A stretch of 64,000 bases of DNA from an uncultured bacterium (GCA_963695335.1 OY968764.1:864001-928000), one strand, 5' to 3'; positions 37,616 to 48,001 are shown, numbered from the stretch's first letter. Translations and numbers: made by a program. The notes: generated by a model from the sequence alone, not told the origin.

Positions 37616-39310
37616 ATGAAAAAATTTTTTATGTATGTAATAGCTGGTGTTGCTTTTTTATGCTCTGCAGATTTACTTTGTTTTGGAAAAAAGACAGTTT
37701 TTGGAATTCGTTCACAAGGGTTAGATGGTGTGCTTGAACTGACCAATTGGCAGCAGCTGATTTATAAATATGATCAAGATTATAATTATGGTACTATCGC
37801 TGGTGCAGTAAAATATACACGTTCAATTGAATCACAAAAAATATCTGATTTTTTATTTGGAGGATGTAAACTCAGTTTTTCTGGTAGTAAAGCACAACGT
37901 CAAGAAGGTGATATTTTAGCAGATTATTTTGGGTTACCCGTTGATTTTTCGAGCACTGTTTATTTTTCGCCACATGTGAGTAATACCATTGTAGATTTTA
38001 ACTGGTTCCAGGCATTTGATGGGTATTTGCCTGGTTTATTTATTATGATCCATGTGCCTGTTGTTCAAACAAAATGGAATTTGTATATGTGTGAAAATAA
38101 TATTAATCCAGGAACAGCGTTTTATCCTGCAGGGTATATGAGTAATGCAAATATTCCTGCCGTAAATTTACCGCATAGTGTTACGCAAGCAATGCAAGGC
38201 TTTACCATGTTTGGTGATATGGATATACCGCTTAAATATGGTAAAATTTTTGGTGTGCAAACTCGTTGTAGAGTTGCAGAAATACAAGGAACATTGGGAT
38301 GGAATTATAATCAACCGTGGTATCATGTTGGTGTGAATTTTAGAGTAGGTGCGCCAACAGGTAATGCAACAACTGCAGAATTTTTATTTGAAGAAATTGT
38401 AGGGAACCGTCATCATTGGGATGTTGGTGGTGGAGTTTCTGCGCACGTGTATATGTGGGAAAATAAAGAAGCAGGAAGACGTGTAGCATTGTATCTTGAT
38501 GCACATGTTTCACATCTGTTTACATCGGAACAAAAACGTTCTTTTGATTTTACCGCCAACGGTAATGGGAGTAGATATATATTATTAGAAGAGATAGAAA
38601 GTCCTTCAAAAAATCTTCTTATTAATGGTGCAGCACCAACAAACCAATATATTGGGAATTTGGTTCCTGCAATTAATCACACAACGTTTGATGCAAAAAT
38701 AAGTATTGGAGTGCAAACTGATATTGTATTAAAACTTGCATATCAGCATGATGGTTTTGAAATTGATCTAGGGTATGATTTTTGGTACAACAGCAAAGAA
38801 AAATTGCATTGTCGCGATACATTTGTAGAGAATAGATATGGCATTAAAGGCGATGCACAGATTTATGGATTTGCTACAGATAACAGTTCAGTTGCATTGA
38901 ATGCTACGCAAAGCAAAGCAACTATTTTGGGTGGACAAGGCGCTGGCAATGGTAATTATCAAAATGTAAATGCTGATAACCAACCCGCAGCAGCTTCAAC
39001 AGCGGCAGGGATTCTTAATCAGTTAAATGCAGCAGATGCGGCAATGTTGAATATCCCACAAGCACAAGTTAATGGTTCTAATCCTGCAATTTTACTGAAA
39101 GATAGTGATATTAATGTTGAATCTGGATTATTGCCACGCGCATTATCGCACAAAGTATTTGGTTACATCGGTGGTGTGTGGGATAACAGAGATGATCTTG
39201 ACCCTTATTTGGGAATTGGTGTTTCTGGTGAATTTGCCAATACTAATCCTTGCGATAATGCAATGTGTTCACAGTGGGCTGTGTGGGTTAAAGGTGGGGT
39301 TGCGTACTAA
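37616..39310 (+). CDS. Putative outer-membrane barrel-like protein, paralog 5 of 5
   Basis: RSQG, LADYFGLP.DF, VGNRHHW, KGDAQIYGF; C-terminus QWAVWVKGGVAY. Confidence 0.8.
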   Translation: MKKFFMYVIAGVAFLCSADLLCFGKKTVFGIRSQGLDGVLELTNWQQLIYKYDQDYNYGTIAGAVKYTRSIESQKISDFLFGGCKLSFSGSKAQRQEGDILADYFGLPVDFSSTVYFSPHVSNTIVDFNWFQAFDGYLPGLFIMIHVPVVQTKWNLYMCENNINPGTAFYPAGYMSNANIPAVNLPHSVTQAMQGFTMFGDMDIPLKYGKIFGVQTRCRVAEIQGTLGWNYNQPWYHVGVNFRVGAPTGNATTAEFLFEEIVGNRHHWDVGGGVSAHVYMWENKEAGRRVALYLDAHVSHLFTSEQKRSFDFTANGNGSRYILLEEIESPSKNLLINGAAPTNQYIGNLVPAINHTTFDAKISIGVQTDIVLKLAYQHDGFEIDLGYDFWYNSKEKLHCRDTFVENRYGIKGDAQIYGFATDNSSVALNATQSKATILGGQGAGNGNYQNVNADNQPAAASTAAGILNQLNAADAAMLNIPQAQVNGSNPAILLKDSDINVESGLLPRALSHKVFGYIGGVWDNRDDLDPYLGIGVSGEFANTNPCDNAMCSQWAVWVKGGVAY

Positions 39311-39335
39311 AAATTTATCAGAAATTTTATACCCC

Positions 39336-39380
39336 CCGTTCGTCCTGAGTGTTTTTGCAAAGCAAAAATGTATCGAAGGA
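39336..39380. repeat. Family A variant repeat
   Basis: ccgttcgtcctgagtgtttttgcaaagcaaaaatgtatcgaagga. Confidence 0.75.
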
Positions 39381-39397
39381 TGCAGAATTGGATAATT

Positions 39398-40495
39398 CTA
39401 AATATTAAGCATATTCTTAATATCCATAATCTTCTTAACATGCACATCTATTTCTTGTTCTGTGATGCGTTGATCTGCAATTGCTTGTTTGATTGCAACA
39501 ACGGCAGCAGGAACATCAACAGGAGAGAGTAGGATATCATTGCCCGCTAGTAAAGCTTGCAGCTCTGCTTGACCATTTTTGTAATTATTCGTGATGCCTT
39601 GCATATCAAGGCCATCGGTAATAATAAGTCCTTTAAAGCCTAACTCTTTTTGTAGTAAATCAGTGACTATTTTTTTTGATACAGTTGAAGGAGTTTTTTG
39701 TGTATCTTCAAATGCAGGAACTTCAAGATGTCCCACCATGATTGCAGAGATATTATTTTTGATCAGTTCTTTGAATGGGTGTAATTCAATTGCATGTAAT
39801 CGTTTAGCCTCATGCAAAATCAGTGGCAAATCGTAATGTGAATCAACATTGGTGTCACCATGACCAGGAAAATGTTTTGCGCATGCAATGATTCCTGCAT
39901 TTTCTAATCCTTGTGCAAATGCAATTGCATGTTGTGCAACCAATTCAGGATCATCACCAAATGAACGGTCATTAATCACAGGATTATTGGGATTATTATT
40001 AACGTCAGCAACGGGTGCAAAATTAATATGCACACCTAATGTTTTGCAGTATTTTCCGATTGCACTTGCAGTGCTGTATGTCATATTTATCTCATCGCGT
40101 TCGCCAAGCGTCTGATTATCAAAAAAGCATTCCATTTGTGGTAAACGTGATATTCCAACTCTACCTGGTTCCAAATCTTGTCCGATCAATAGTGGTAATT
40201 TTGATATGTTTTGAAAATATTTGGTTCTCTGTTTTTGCTTTTCTGAATCACTTTTTCCCAAATAAATAATACCGCCTATGTGATAATCTTTGATGAGTGT
40301 TTCAATGTATTCTTTATCCATGCGGTATGTTTTTTTTGCTAAAAAATCTTTTGCAATTTCTTCATCAGCAACTGCAGCAACCATAAAAAGTTGACCAATT
40401 TTTTGTTCCAATGTGAGGTTGTTAACAGATGTCTCCATTGGATGAATGAGTGAAGTTATGGCAAAAAATGATGCAAACATAAGATATTGTTTCAT
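39398..40495 (-). CDS. GH3 beta-N-acetylglucosaminidase (NagZ-like)
   Basis: KHFPGHGDT.VDSH, NFAPVADVN, ITDGLDM. Confidence 0.9.
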   Translation of the reverse strand: MKQYLMFASFFAITSLIHPMETSVNNLTLEQKIGQLFMVAAVADEEIAKDFLAKKTYRMDKEYIETLIKDYHIGGIIYLGKSDSEKQKQRTKYFQNISKLPLLIGQDLEPGRVGISRLPQMECFFDNQTLGERDEINMTYSTASAIGKYCKTLGVHINFAPVADVNNNPNNPVINDRSFGDDPELVAQHAIAFAQGLENAGIIACAKHFPGHGDTNVDSHYDLPLILHEAKRLHAIELHPFKELIKNNISAIMVGHLEVPAFEDTQKTPSTVSKKIVTDLLQKELGFKGLIITDGLDMQGITNNYKNGQAELQALLAGNDILLSPVDVPAAVVAIKQAIADQRITEQEIDVHVKKIMDIKNMLNI

Positions 40496-40507
40496 AAAAT
40501 TCTCCCC

Positions 40508-40645
40508 GCGCTCGTCCTGAGCCTGTCGAAGGATATCTTCGAGCGCTTAATTCTTCAACCTGCCTTTGCCAAGGCTATGGCAGGCACGGCAAGTTCTCAA
40601 GGCAGGTGTTTACTAGTGAGCCTGTCGAACTATCAGAATGAGCGC
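40508..40645. repeat. Multiply nested repeat cluster
   Basis: Family A double unit as at 46413-46477, but its second arm is interrupted by two other palindromic units. Confidence 0.8.
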
Positions 40646-40745
40646 AAGAGAATATAAAGACAGGAATAGGAATTGTATAGAAAATTAATTCAATTATTAA
40701 GTATGCTTTTTTGTGTGAAAATCTGTTTTTAATATAGGGGGATAT

Positions 40746-42104
40746 ATGAACCGTTGTAAACATTATCTTTTATGTGCGTTGGCTGGAGCGTTGTTATTGT
40801 TGCCCATCACATCACAATATGCGTTAGATATTAATTGGTGGAAAGAAAAGATGTCACAGTATCAAGAGACATTGCAAAAAACAATGCCTGGAGCACTTGT
40901 AGCACTTGGCGTTGCAGGAGCTATGTATTATTGGTGGACACGTAAAAAGGGTGGTGATGATTCAGGGAAAGGTGGAGAAAATCTGATCCCTAAAGATTTG
41001 TTAAAAACTCCAACTCTTAAACAATACCAAGTATACTCACAGTTCAATAGGGACGGCGGTGGTGCTGCGAGCTGTGGATATCAAACTCTTTTGAGGGGAA
41101 TGCAGATTGTTAGAGCAAAGAATGGAAATGAGAATGATGTAGATTTGGAAAAGACATTGATGGATTCTAGTACTATAGCAGTATATTTTGGTCCAGGTGG
41201 TGAATGGCGTGAAGATATTATTGCATGGCGAAAAAATCAAGAATTAAGAAAAGCATTACATGAAAAATTTTTGTCAGTTTTAGCAAAAAATTGTGATGCC
41301 ATAGTGCAAGCTCGGTATGGATCGCAAGTATATGAACCAATTATAGCAGCATTGAAGAGTAAAAAACTTACCAGTGATAAAGCAAGAGATTTATATGCAT
41401 CGGCATTAGGATCTTTAGAGAATATAGTGATGGTTATAGCGAAAAATCCAGTAGAACTGAGCAATCAGTACGAATTTACTGATGAAGCAATTTGCGATTA
41501 CTTGGCAAAATCATTAGAGCTTTTCAAAAATGAAACAAATGAAGGTCTTATTAAAATATTACAGCAACCTGAAATGATAAGCGAATGTTTTAATTTGGAG
41601 CGAATGAGAAAAGAATTTTTGTCTGAAAGTTTTCTTTTTGATTTACCACAATTTATTCAGATAATATATAGTAATCCTGATTTAAGCGAAGATTTTGCAG
41701 GAGATTGGTTAAGTGATGGCGAACTTGAATATTTATGGCAAGAACATCGAGTGGATATTGTACCATTACAAGTTAATTGTGGTTTTAAAGCGATTGGTAA
41801 TTTCGAGTTAGTTGATAATCCACAATACCCTAAGGAATTTGATGAAGTGGCAGTTTATGTTGATGAGGCTATAAAACCATTATTAAATAAGAAACGACAA
41901 ATGTTTCAAATTTTTGCCTTGGGAACAATGCGACAAACTGGTTCAAGTACTGGTACAAGAGGTCATTGGTATCCACTTGTGATGTATCAAAATCAAAATG
42001 GTGAACGCAGTTATTACATTACAGACTCTTTGAGAAATACAGATCGTACTCGTGATATAAATGCATGGAAAATTATCAATTTGATAGAAAAAGCAGCGAA
42101 GTAA
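40746..42104 (+). CDS. Secreted/membrane-anchored putative papain-fold (Josephin-like) cysteine protease
   Basis: SQF...SCGY, GHWY, ITDSL in Cys-His-Asp order. Confidence 0.55.
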   Translation: MNRCKHYLLCALAGALLLLPITSQYALDINWWKEKMSQYQETLQKTMPGALVALGVAGAMYYWWTRKKGGDDSGKGGENLIPKDLLKTPTLKQYQVYSQFNRDGGGAASCGYQTLLRGMQIVRAKNGNENDVDLEKTLMDSSTIAVYFGPGGEWREDIIAWRKNQELRKALHEKFLSVLAKNCDAIVQARYGSQVYEPIIAALKSKKLTSDKARDLYASALGSLENIVMVIAKNPVELSNQYEFTDEAICDYLAKSLELFKNETNEGLIKILQQPEMISECFNLERMRKEFLSESFLFDLPQFIQIIYSNPDLSEDFAGDWLSDGELEYLWQEHRVDIVPLQVNCGFKAIGNFELVDNPQYPKEFDEVAVYVDEAIKPLLNKKRQMFQIFALGTMRQTGSSTGTRGHWYPLVMYQNQNGERSYYITDSLRNTDRTRDINAWKIINLIEKAAK

Positions 42105-42111
42105 TATAGAT

Positions 42112-42147
42112 AAAAAAGGCAGGTTCTTATTGAGGGCCTGCCTTTTT
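42112..42147. terminator. Bidirectional terminator
   Basis: aaaaaggcagg...cctgccttttt between convergent genes. Confidence 0.75.
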
Positions 42148-42152
42148 GTTTG

Positions 42153-43529
42153 TTACTTTTTAATCACATCATAAAAATAATGAGCACCATCTTTAAACGT
42201 GCGTTTCATAGTTGCGCGATCAACTGAAAATAGACCAAATTGTGTATCATAGTTGCCCCAAGAAAATCCATCCAAGAAACTATAATAGTAGTAACCTTCT
42301 ACATTATAACCATCGGCCAGTGCTTTTGATGTTGCATAAATGTGACGTTTAATAAATAAATCTCTCACGCTTTCATCATGCGTTGCAATACCATTTTGTG
42401 TGATGATCATGGGAATATTTAATTTTTTTGCAAGATTATCAGATACATTTTTGATTGCAAAATATAATCCTTCCGGATAGACCGTAATACCTGGAACATC
42501 TGTTGCGGTTTCTCCAGGGTTGCTCACATGATTTACAATATTTTTTAAGTATCCATGACTATGATAATTGATGCCGATAAAATCGAGTGATTTTGGTGCG
42601 TAATGATTAACATGTTTTACCCATGCACCAGCTTTGCCCGGGAGTGGAAATTTAAGATTAAAAACTCCCGTGGTAAAGAAGTTGTAAAATGAACCGTTGG
42701 TGAGCATATTTGCAATATAACAACTTGGTTTGTCCCAAAGATGCCACGGTTCAAGTAAGTGAATATGTTTGATAATACCAATGCGTGAAGTGCTTCCGTG
42801 AGGTGCATTTTTTATTTTTTTGTAGACATGGACATGAGCTTCAAACTCATTTTTTAAAACTGTTGCTGCACGGTGTAGATTGCGTATTCCTGGAGGCGTT
42901 GTTCCAATTAAATAACCAAGAACAGCATAATTTTCTGGTGCCCAAAATGTAATCCAACGATCAACTCTTGTGCCAAGCACTTCGTGCATTTTCAGGCAAT
43001 ATCGTTCAAAAAGATGAAGATTTTTTTCATATTCAAAACCGCCAATATAACCCCACCAGAGTGGATCGCAGTAATCTTTAAGAATAACGGTGATACTAAT
43101 ATCATTTTTAATTAATTCATCACATAAATCTGCATACTGTTGTAAAACTTCTTCATTAAAACAGCCCTGTTCTGGTTCAACTCTGCTCCAATCAATAGAA
43201 AAACAATATGTTGTGATTCCCATCTCTTTCATCAGTTGCACATCATTTTTATAGTTTTGAGTATGTGCTGCAGCGTTACCTGAACGTGTTGTGGTAAAAG
43301 GAGTTTTGCTATTGTTGCCAGTATGGTTTTCCCATGTGTACCATGTGCTTGATTTTGAGTAGCCATCAGTTTCATATGATATTGTTGTTAATCCCCATTC
43401 AAATGATTGTGGGAATTGTATTGCATGAACATTGATGTTTTGCCATTTCCAATACGTTGTGGGGAGTAAGGTGCAGTGAGTGAGAAGAGTGAGAATGGTA
43501 AGAATTGATATTTTTTTTGTGTGGTTCAT
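42153..43529 (-). CDS. Glycoside hydrolase family 1 protein, catalytic residues apparently altered
   Basis: FP..F.WG, FSIDWSRVEP, DFIGINY; TFNEP appears as TFWAP and ITENG as ITQNG. Confidence 0.85.
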   Translation of the reverse strand: MNHTKKISILTILTLLTHCTLLPTTYWKWQNINVHAIQFPQSFEWGLTTISYETDGYSKSSTWYTWENHTGNNSKTPFTTTRSGNAAAHTQNYKNDVQLMKEMGITTYCFSIDWSRVEPEQGCFNEEVLQQYADLCDELIKNDISITVILKDYCDPLWWGYIGGFEYEKNLHLFERYCLKMHEVLGTRVDRWITFWAPENYAVLGYLIGTTPPGIRNLHRAATVLKNEFEAHVHVYKKIKNAPHGSTSRIGIIKHIHLLEPWHLWDKPSCYIANMLTNGSFYNFFTTGVFNLKFPLPGKAGAWVKHVNHYAPKSLDFIGINYHSHGYLKNIVNHVSNPGETATDVPGITVYPEGLYFAIKNVSDNLAKKLNIPMIITQNGIATHDESVRDLFIKRHIYATSKALADGYNVEGYYYYSFLDGFSWGNYDTQFGLFSVDRATMKRTFKDGAHYFYDVIKK

Positions 43530-43649
43530 CGGATGTCTCCAAAAAATGTAATGTTTCTTGTTATTACATTACCATAAAAAACAAAAAAAAGCCCCGAAAA
43601 TCGGGGCTCAATAGTAATAGTTTAACTCTATTTATGCAAAGAATGGTTG

Positions 43650-43682
43650 CTTGTCCTTCGAAGCCTTTACCAAAAGTAGGGG
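43650..43682. repeat. Degenerate family B repeat
   Basis: cttgtccttcgaagcctttaccaaaagtaggg resembles 30891-30920. Confidence 0.6.
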
Positions 43683-43809
43683 CCTGGATTTATTGCTTTT
43701 TTTGGTTTCATCCGTTAATTTTAACCATGAGAGATCAAAAATAACCGTCGTTTTTGACCATATAGTCTTCAAATTAATCGTCTTTTTTAACCATGGAGGT
43801 GCTTTTTTC

Positions 43810-45156
43810 ATGAAAAGATTAATTGATCATTATCTCATGGAATGGAAACAATCCCCATATCGTAAGTCATTATTATTACGAGGGGCTCGCCAGATTGGTA
43901 AAACGTATGCTGTACGCCAATTAGGAAAAACATACAAATCTTTTGTAGAAATCAACTTTGAAATTATTACATCTGCTCAGGAAGTTTTTGAATATGATCT
44001 TGAACCAGAACGTATCATGAGTGCTTTATCTCTTATTGCGGGACAACAAATTGTTCCAGGAGAAACATTGTTGTTCTTTGATGAAATTCAACAAACTCCT
44101 CGGGCACTCACATCATTGCGTTATTTTTATGAAAAAGTTCCTGAGTTGCATGTGATTGCTGCAGGATCATTGCTTGATTTTGCTATTCAATTGGTTGGTA
44201 TTCCCGTTGGTAGAGTTCAATCATTGTATATGTATCCACTTTCATTTTTTGAATTCTTGTGTGCATGTGGTTATGAAATGCTTGCGGCAGAAATTATGCC
44301 AGGCACATATCATGGTCAATTAAGCGATGTTATTCATCGTAAATTGCTTTTATTGTTTGGAGAATATTGTGCAATCGGCGGTATGCCAGAAGTGGTGATT
44401 CGTTGGCGAGAAACAAAAAATCCATTATTGTGTTTTGAAATTCATCACACCCTTATTGATACGTATAAACAAGATTTTGGCAAATATGCGGAAAAGTTTC
44501 AGATTAAATATTTGGCGACACTGTTTAACGCAATTCCACGGTTTTGGGGAACAAAATTTAAATATAGCGCAATAGAAGGAGAATACAGAAAACGTGAACT
44601 TTCACCATGTTTAGATTTACTGGTAACTGCTGGCGTTGTTCACTCCGTTATGCGGAGTGCAGGTAATGGGGTTCCATTAGGTGCAGAGGTTGATTTTGAA
44701 CAATTTAAACTTATTTTGTTGGATTGTGCGCTTGGTCAAGCACTATTAGGACTTGATTTAAAGGCGTGGTTTTTGTCTCCAGAACAGGAATTTGTTAATA
44801 AAGGAGCGGTAACTGAAGCGCTTATTGGACAAGAAATATTGGCGTATGCGCATCCAGCACGCAAAGCAGATTTGTTTTATTGGACAAGAAATGCACCAGG
44901 CAGTGAAGCAGAAGTTGATTATCTTATCACAGACCAAGGTAAAGTTGTTCCTGTAGAAGTTAAAAGTGGTGCAGGAAGTACATTAAAAAGCATGCACATG
45001 TTTTTAGATAGTCATCAGAACTCTTCGTATGGATTACGATTTTCAACACAAAATTATTCGATATATGAAAAAATACATTCATATCCATTATATGCTGTTG
45101 CAACTGTTATTAAAGATCATGGACATGATATGAAGGCATATGAAAATTTATTATAA
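43810..45156 (+). CDS. AAA+ ATPase with DUF4143 and C-terminal PD-(D/E)XK-like motif
   Basis: GARQIGKT, FFDEIQ, GGMPEV, EVDYL...PVEVKSG; start moved to ATG 43810 (ggagg RBS). Confidence 0.9.
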   Translation: MKRLIDHYLMEWKQSPYRKSLLLRGARQIGKTYAVRQLGKTYKSFVEINFEIITSAQEVFEYDLEPERIMSALSLIAGQQIVPGETLLFFDEIQQTPRALTSLRYFYEKVPELHVIAAGSLLDFAIQLVGIPVGRVQSLYMYPLSFFEFLCACGYEMLAAEIMPGTYHGQLSDVIHRKLLLLFGEYCAIGGMPEVVIRWRETKNPLLCFEIHHTLIDTYKQDFGKYAEKFQIKYLATLFNAIPRFWGTKFKYSAIEGEYRKRELSPCLDLLVTAGVVHSVMRSAGNGVPLGAEVDFEQFKLILLDCALGQALLGLDLKAWFLSPEQEFVNKGAVTEALIGQEILAYAHPARKADLFYWTRNAPGSEAEVDYLITDQGKVVPVEVKSGAGSTLKSMHMFLDSHQNSSYGLRFSTQNYSIYEKIHSYPLYAVATVIKDHGHDMKAYENLL

Positions 45157-45275
45157 AAAATGTAGATTGCGGATTAAAAAAGTTTTTAAAAAAAGAAAAC
45201 AGGATCTTAAATTTGCTTATACGCAAGCCAGTCAAGATCCTGATAGATTAAAAATTATTGCAGAATGGGATGTTA

Positions 45276-46382
45276 TTAAACATTAAAACGCACGTGCACA
45301 ATATCACCATCTTGAACAAGGTAATTTTGCCCCTCAATACGCAATTTACCAGCGGTTTTAATAGCAGGTTCTGTTTTATGGGTAACCAAGTCATGGTACC
45401 CAAATGTTTCTGAGCAGATAAATCCACGTTCTAAATCTGAATGTATTTCACCAGAAGCTTGGCGAATGGTAACACCTTTGCGCACAGGCCATGCATGAAT
45501 TTCTTTTGGTCCGCAGGTAAAGAAGGTGATAAGACCAAGATTGTCGTATGTTTTTTTAATAATAATATCCAAGCTTGGTTGTGCAATTCCCATCATATCC
45601 ATAAATTCTTGTGCTTCAGCCGGTTCCATTTGTGTGAGTTCATATTCCACACGTGCACTGATGGGAACAACGTATTCTGAGCCAAAATGTTTAACAACTG
45701 CTTGATAATGTTTATTGGTCAGATATTGCTGATTTTCCAATTCACCTTCGGCGATGTTGGCAATAACGATGAAATTTTTGGTGCTGAGTAATGGAATCAT
45801 CTCAGCGGATGTTTTTTTGACAAGTTCTTTTGCTTTGGCAGCATCACCATTTTCAAGAGCAATGCGTACCACTTTGAGCGTTTCAAATTCATCGGTGAAG
45901 TTTTTTTGTTCTGCAGCAGTCAGTTTACCTTTGAGCGATTTTTCTACTTTTGGGATACGTTTATCAATGGATTCAATATCTTTGAGCATGAGCTCAGCCA
46001 TGATAATTTCAAAATCGCTGATAGGATCAACTTCAGTTGTTCTGACAATATTAGGGTCCTCAAAACAGCGCAAGACATGCAAAATAAGATCAACTTCACG
46101 AATGTTGCTTAAAAATTGATTACCAAGACCTTCGCCAGTTGCAGCTCCTTTTACAAGGCCAGCAATATCCACAAAAGAAACAGTTGCAGGAATAATTTTG
46201 ACTGAATTATAGAGCTTTTTGAGTTGTTCAAGACGTTCATCAGGAACTTCTGTGATTGCAACATGAGGATCAATAGTACAGAATGGATAGTTTTCCATAG
46301 GAATGCTTGATTTGGTAAGTGCATTAAATAAAGTTGATTTTCCTACGTTAGGAAGTCCGACAAGTCCGGCTTTGATACTCAT
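45276..46382 (-). CDS. ychF: Redox-regulated ATPase YchF
   Basis: GLVGLPNVGKSTLFNALT, NYPFCTIDP, DIAGLVKGA..GEGLGNQFL, TGS domain. Confidence 0.97.
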   Translation of the reverse strand: MSIKAGLVGLPNVGKSTLFNALTKSSIPMENYPFCTIDPHVAITEVPDERLEQLKKLYNSVKIIPATVSFVDIAGLVKGAATGEGLGNQFLSNIREVDLILHVLRCFEDPNIVRTTEVDPISDFEIIMAELMLKDIESIDKRIPKVEKSLKGKLTAAEQKNFTDEFETLKVVRIALENGDAAKAKELVKKTSAEMIPLLSTKNFIVIANIAEGELENQQYLTNKHYQAVVKHFGSEYVVPISARVEYELTQMEPAEAQEFMDMMGIAQPSLDIIIKKTYDNLGLITFFTCGPKEIHAWPVRKGVTIRQASGEIHSDLERGFICSETFGYHDLVTHKTEPAIKTAGKLRIEGQNYLVQDGDIVHVRFNV

Positions 46383-46412
46383 TAAGTTACTTTCAAGGTT
46401 TAGTTTTTTCAG

Positions 46413-46477
46413 GCGCTCATCCTGAGCCTGTCGAAGGATTAAAGCGCTTAATTCTTCAACAAGTTCAGAATGAGCGC
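46413..46477. repeat. Family A double repeat, intergenic
   Basis: gcgctcatcctgagcctgtcgaagga...ttcttcaacaagttcagaatgagcgc. Confidence 0.88.
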
Positions 46478-46661
46478 GATAAGAAATGGATTTGGCAGGT
46501 TAAGGTAAGCTTTAATATGTATATATGTTTTAGTGTGCGTTAAAAAGCTATTTTACGCAATTTTTTTAATGCAGTACATTTTTTATTGCACAAAAAAATG
46601 GGGTGTGTTAATACTGTGAATAGAGTTATTTATATATTGTTCCCAAAAAAGGAGTAGTTCT

Positions 46662-46919
46662 ATGATGATGCATTCACCTATGATGAAGATGGTTGGTATG
46701 GCAACGTGGATAATTACAGCATTGGCTTCTATTAATATGTTAACTGGTCTTTATGGTTATGATTTCTTTGCGTGGATGATGAACTCTATGCCAGGTATGG
46801 TAATGCCAGCTGTGTGGATTGTAGGTATTTCTGGTATGATTAGTCTTGCTATGTTTGTTAAAGGTTTTATGTGTTGTCCAGGATGCGGAATGTGTCCTTG
46901 TAACTGCAATAAAATGTAA
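46662..46919 (+). CDS. Small two-TM membrane protein with Cys-rich tail
   Basis: aggag RBS; two hydrophobic helices; CCPGCGMCPCNC; downstream hairpin terminator. Confidence 0.7.
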   Translation: MMMHSPMMKMVGMATWIITALASINMLTGLYGYDFFAWMMNSMPGMVMPAVWIVGISGMISLAMFVKGFMCCPGCGMCPCNCNKM

Positions 46920-47037
46920 TTATACATTACAAAGCTTTTAAGTAGATTATAAAAGTCCAACTTTGTGTTGGGCTTTTTTGTGTTTGAATGTATATTGGTG
47001 CGTGTAAGAATTATACGTTCAAAAATGAAGGAGTTTT

Positions 47038-47913
47038 GTGGTGAATAAATATTATGTATTGGCTTTATGTATATTTATGCATGCCATTAATGGCATGGAA
47101 AATGATTGGGATGCTCAAAAATACTCAAAAAATTCTGAATTGCAATTCAAAGCAGCTATGGGTGCGCTATCAAAAATAGAATTTAAAGGTAATGAAAAGG
47201 TGCTTGATATTGGATGTGGTGATGGTAGGGTGACAGCAGAAATTGCAAAAAGAGTTCCAAAAGGATCTGTTACAGGTGTGGATAAGTCAGAAAATCAGAT
47301 AAAGTATGCTCAAAATAATTATGCAGCAGATAATCTTTCATTTGATATTGTGGATATATCAAACGAAATGCGATGTCCATTTACGGGTATACCATACTAC
47401 GGTTTTAATCATCAATTTAATATAGTGACTGCATTTTCAACATTATCGTGGATACAAGATCAACCACAAGCATTTAAGAATATTGCATGGTTAATGGCTG
47501 TTGGGGGTAAGTTACGAGCAGGGCTTGCACATGAAGATAGTCCATATTTACGTGCTCGCTTTGGTATGTGTACGCATGATACATGGAAAGAATATTTTGT
47601 GAATTATGAAATTCCTTATTATCCAACTAATGAAGAAAAAGTAAGATACATGCTCAAATTGGCAGGTTTAAAAGAAGAGCTGGTAGCAAAAATTGAAGCT
47701 CCGCATTTGTTTAAAAATAGACAAGAGTTTATTGATTGGATGAGCGCAATTCCTGCACAAATTGATAGAATTCCGCAAGAGAGACATGAAGAATTTTTTA
47801 ATGATATTATTGATGAGTATTTAAAATCAGTGCCACAAGAAGAAGATGGTTCTATAAAACTCAGCATTTCAGCACTTGCAGTGCGTGCTGAATACGTTCC
47901 AAGTTGTTGGTAA
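47038..47913 (+). CDS. SAM-dependent methyltransferase (Tam-like) with signal peptide
   Basis: WDA..Y...S..Q, VLDIGCGDG, V.GVDKS. Confidence 0.85.
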   Translation: MVNKYYVLALCIFMHAINGMENDWDAQKYSKNSELQFKAAMGALSKIEFKGNEKVLDIGCGDGRVTAEIAKRVPKGSVTGVDKSENQIKYAQNNYAADNLSFDIVDISNEMRCPFTGIPYYGFNHQFNIVTAFSTLSWIQDQPQAFKNIAWLMAVGGKLRAGLAHEDSPYLRARFGMCTHDTWKEYFVNYEIPYYPTNEEKVRYMLKLAGLKEELVAKIEAPHLFKNRQEFIDWMSAIPAQIDRIPQERHEEFFNDIIDEYLKSVPQEEDGSIKLSISALAVRAEYVPSCW

Positions 47914-47935
47914 TTTATAAGAATAATAAAAAGTA

Positions 47936-47962
47936 GAAGAAGGGCGCTTTTGCGCCCTTCTT
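47936..47962. terminator. Bidirectional terminator
   Basis: agggcgc-tttt-gcgccct between convergent genes. Confidence 0.7.
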
Positions 47963-48001
47963 TGTTGTAGTATCAACGGTTCGACTGATATAAAATATCA
48001 A

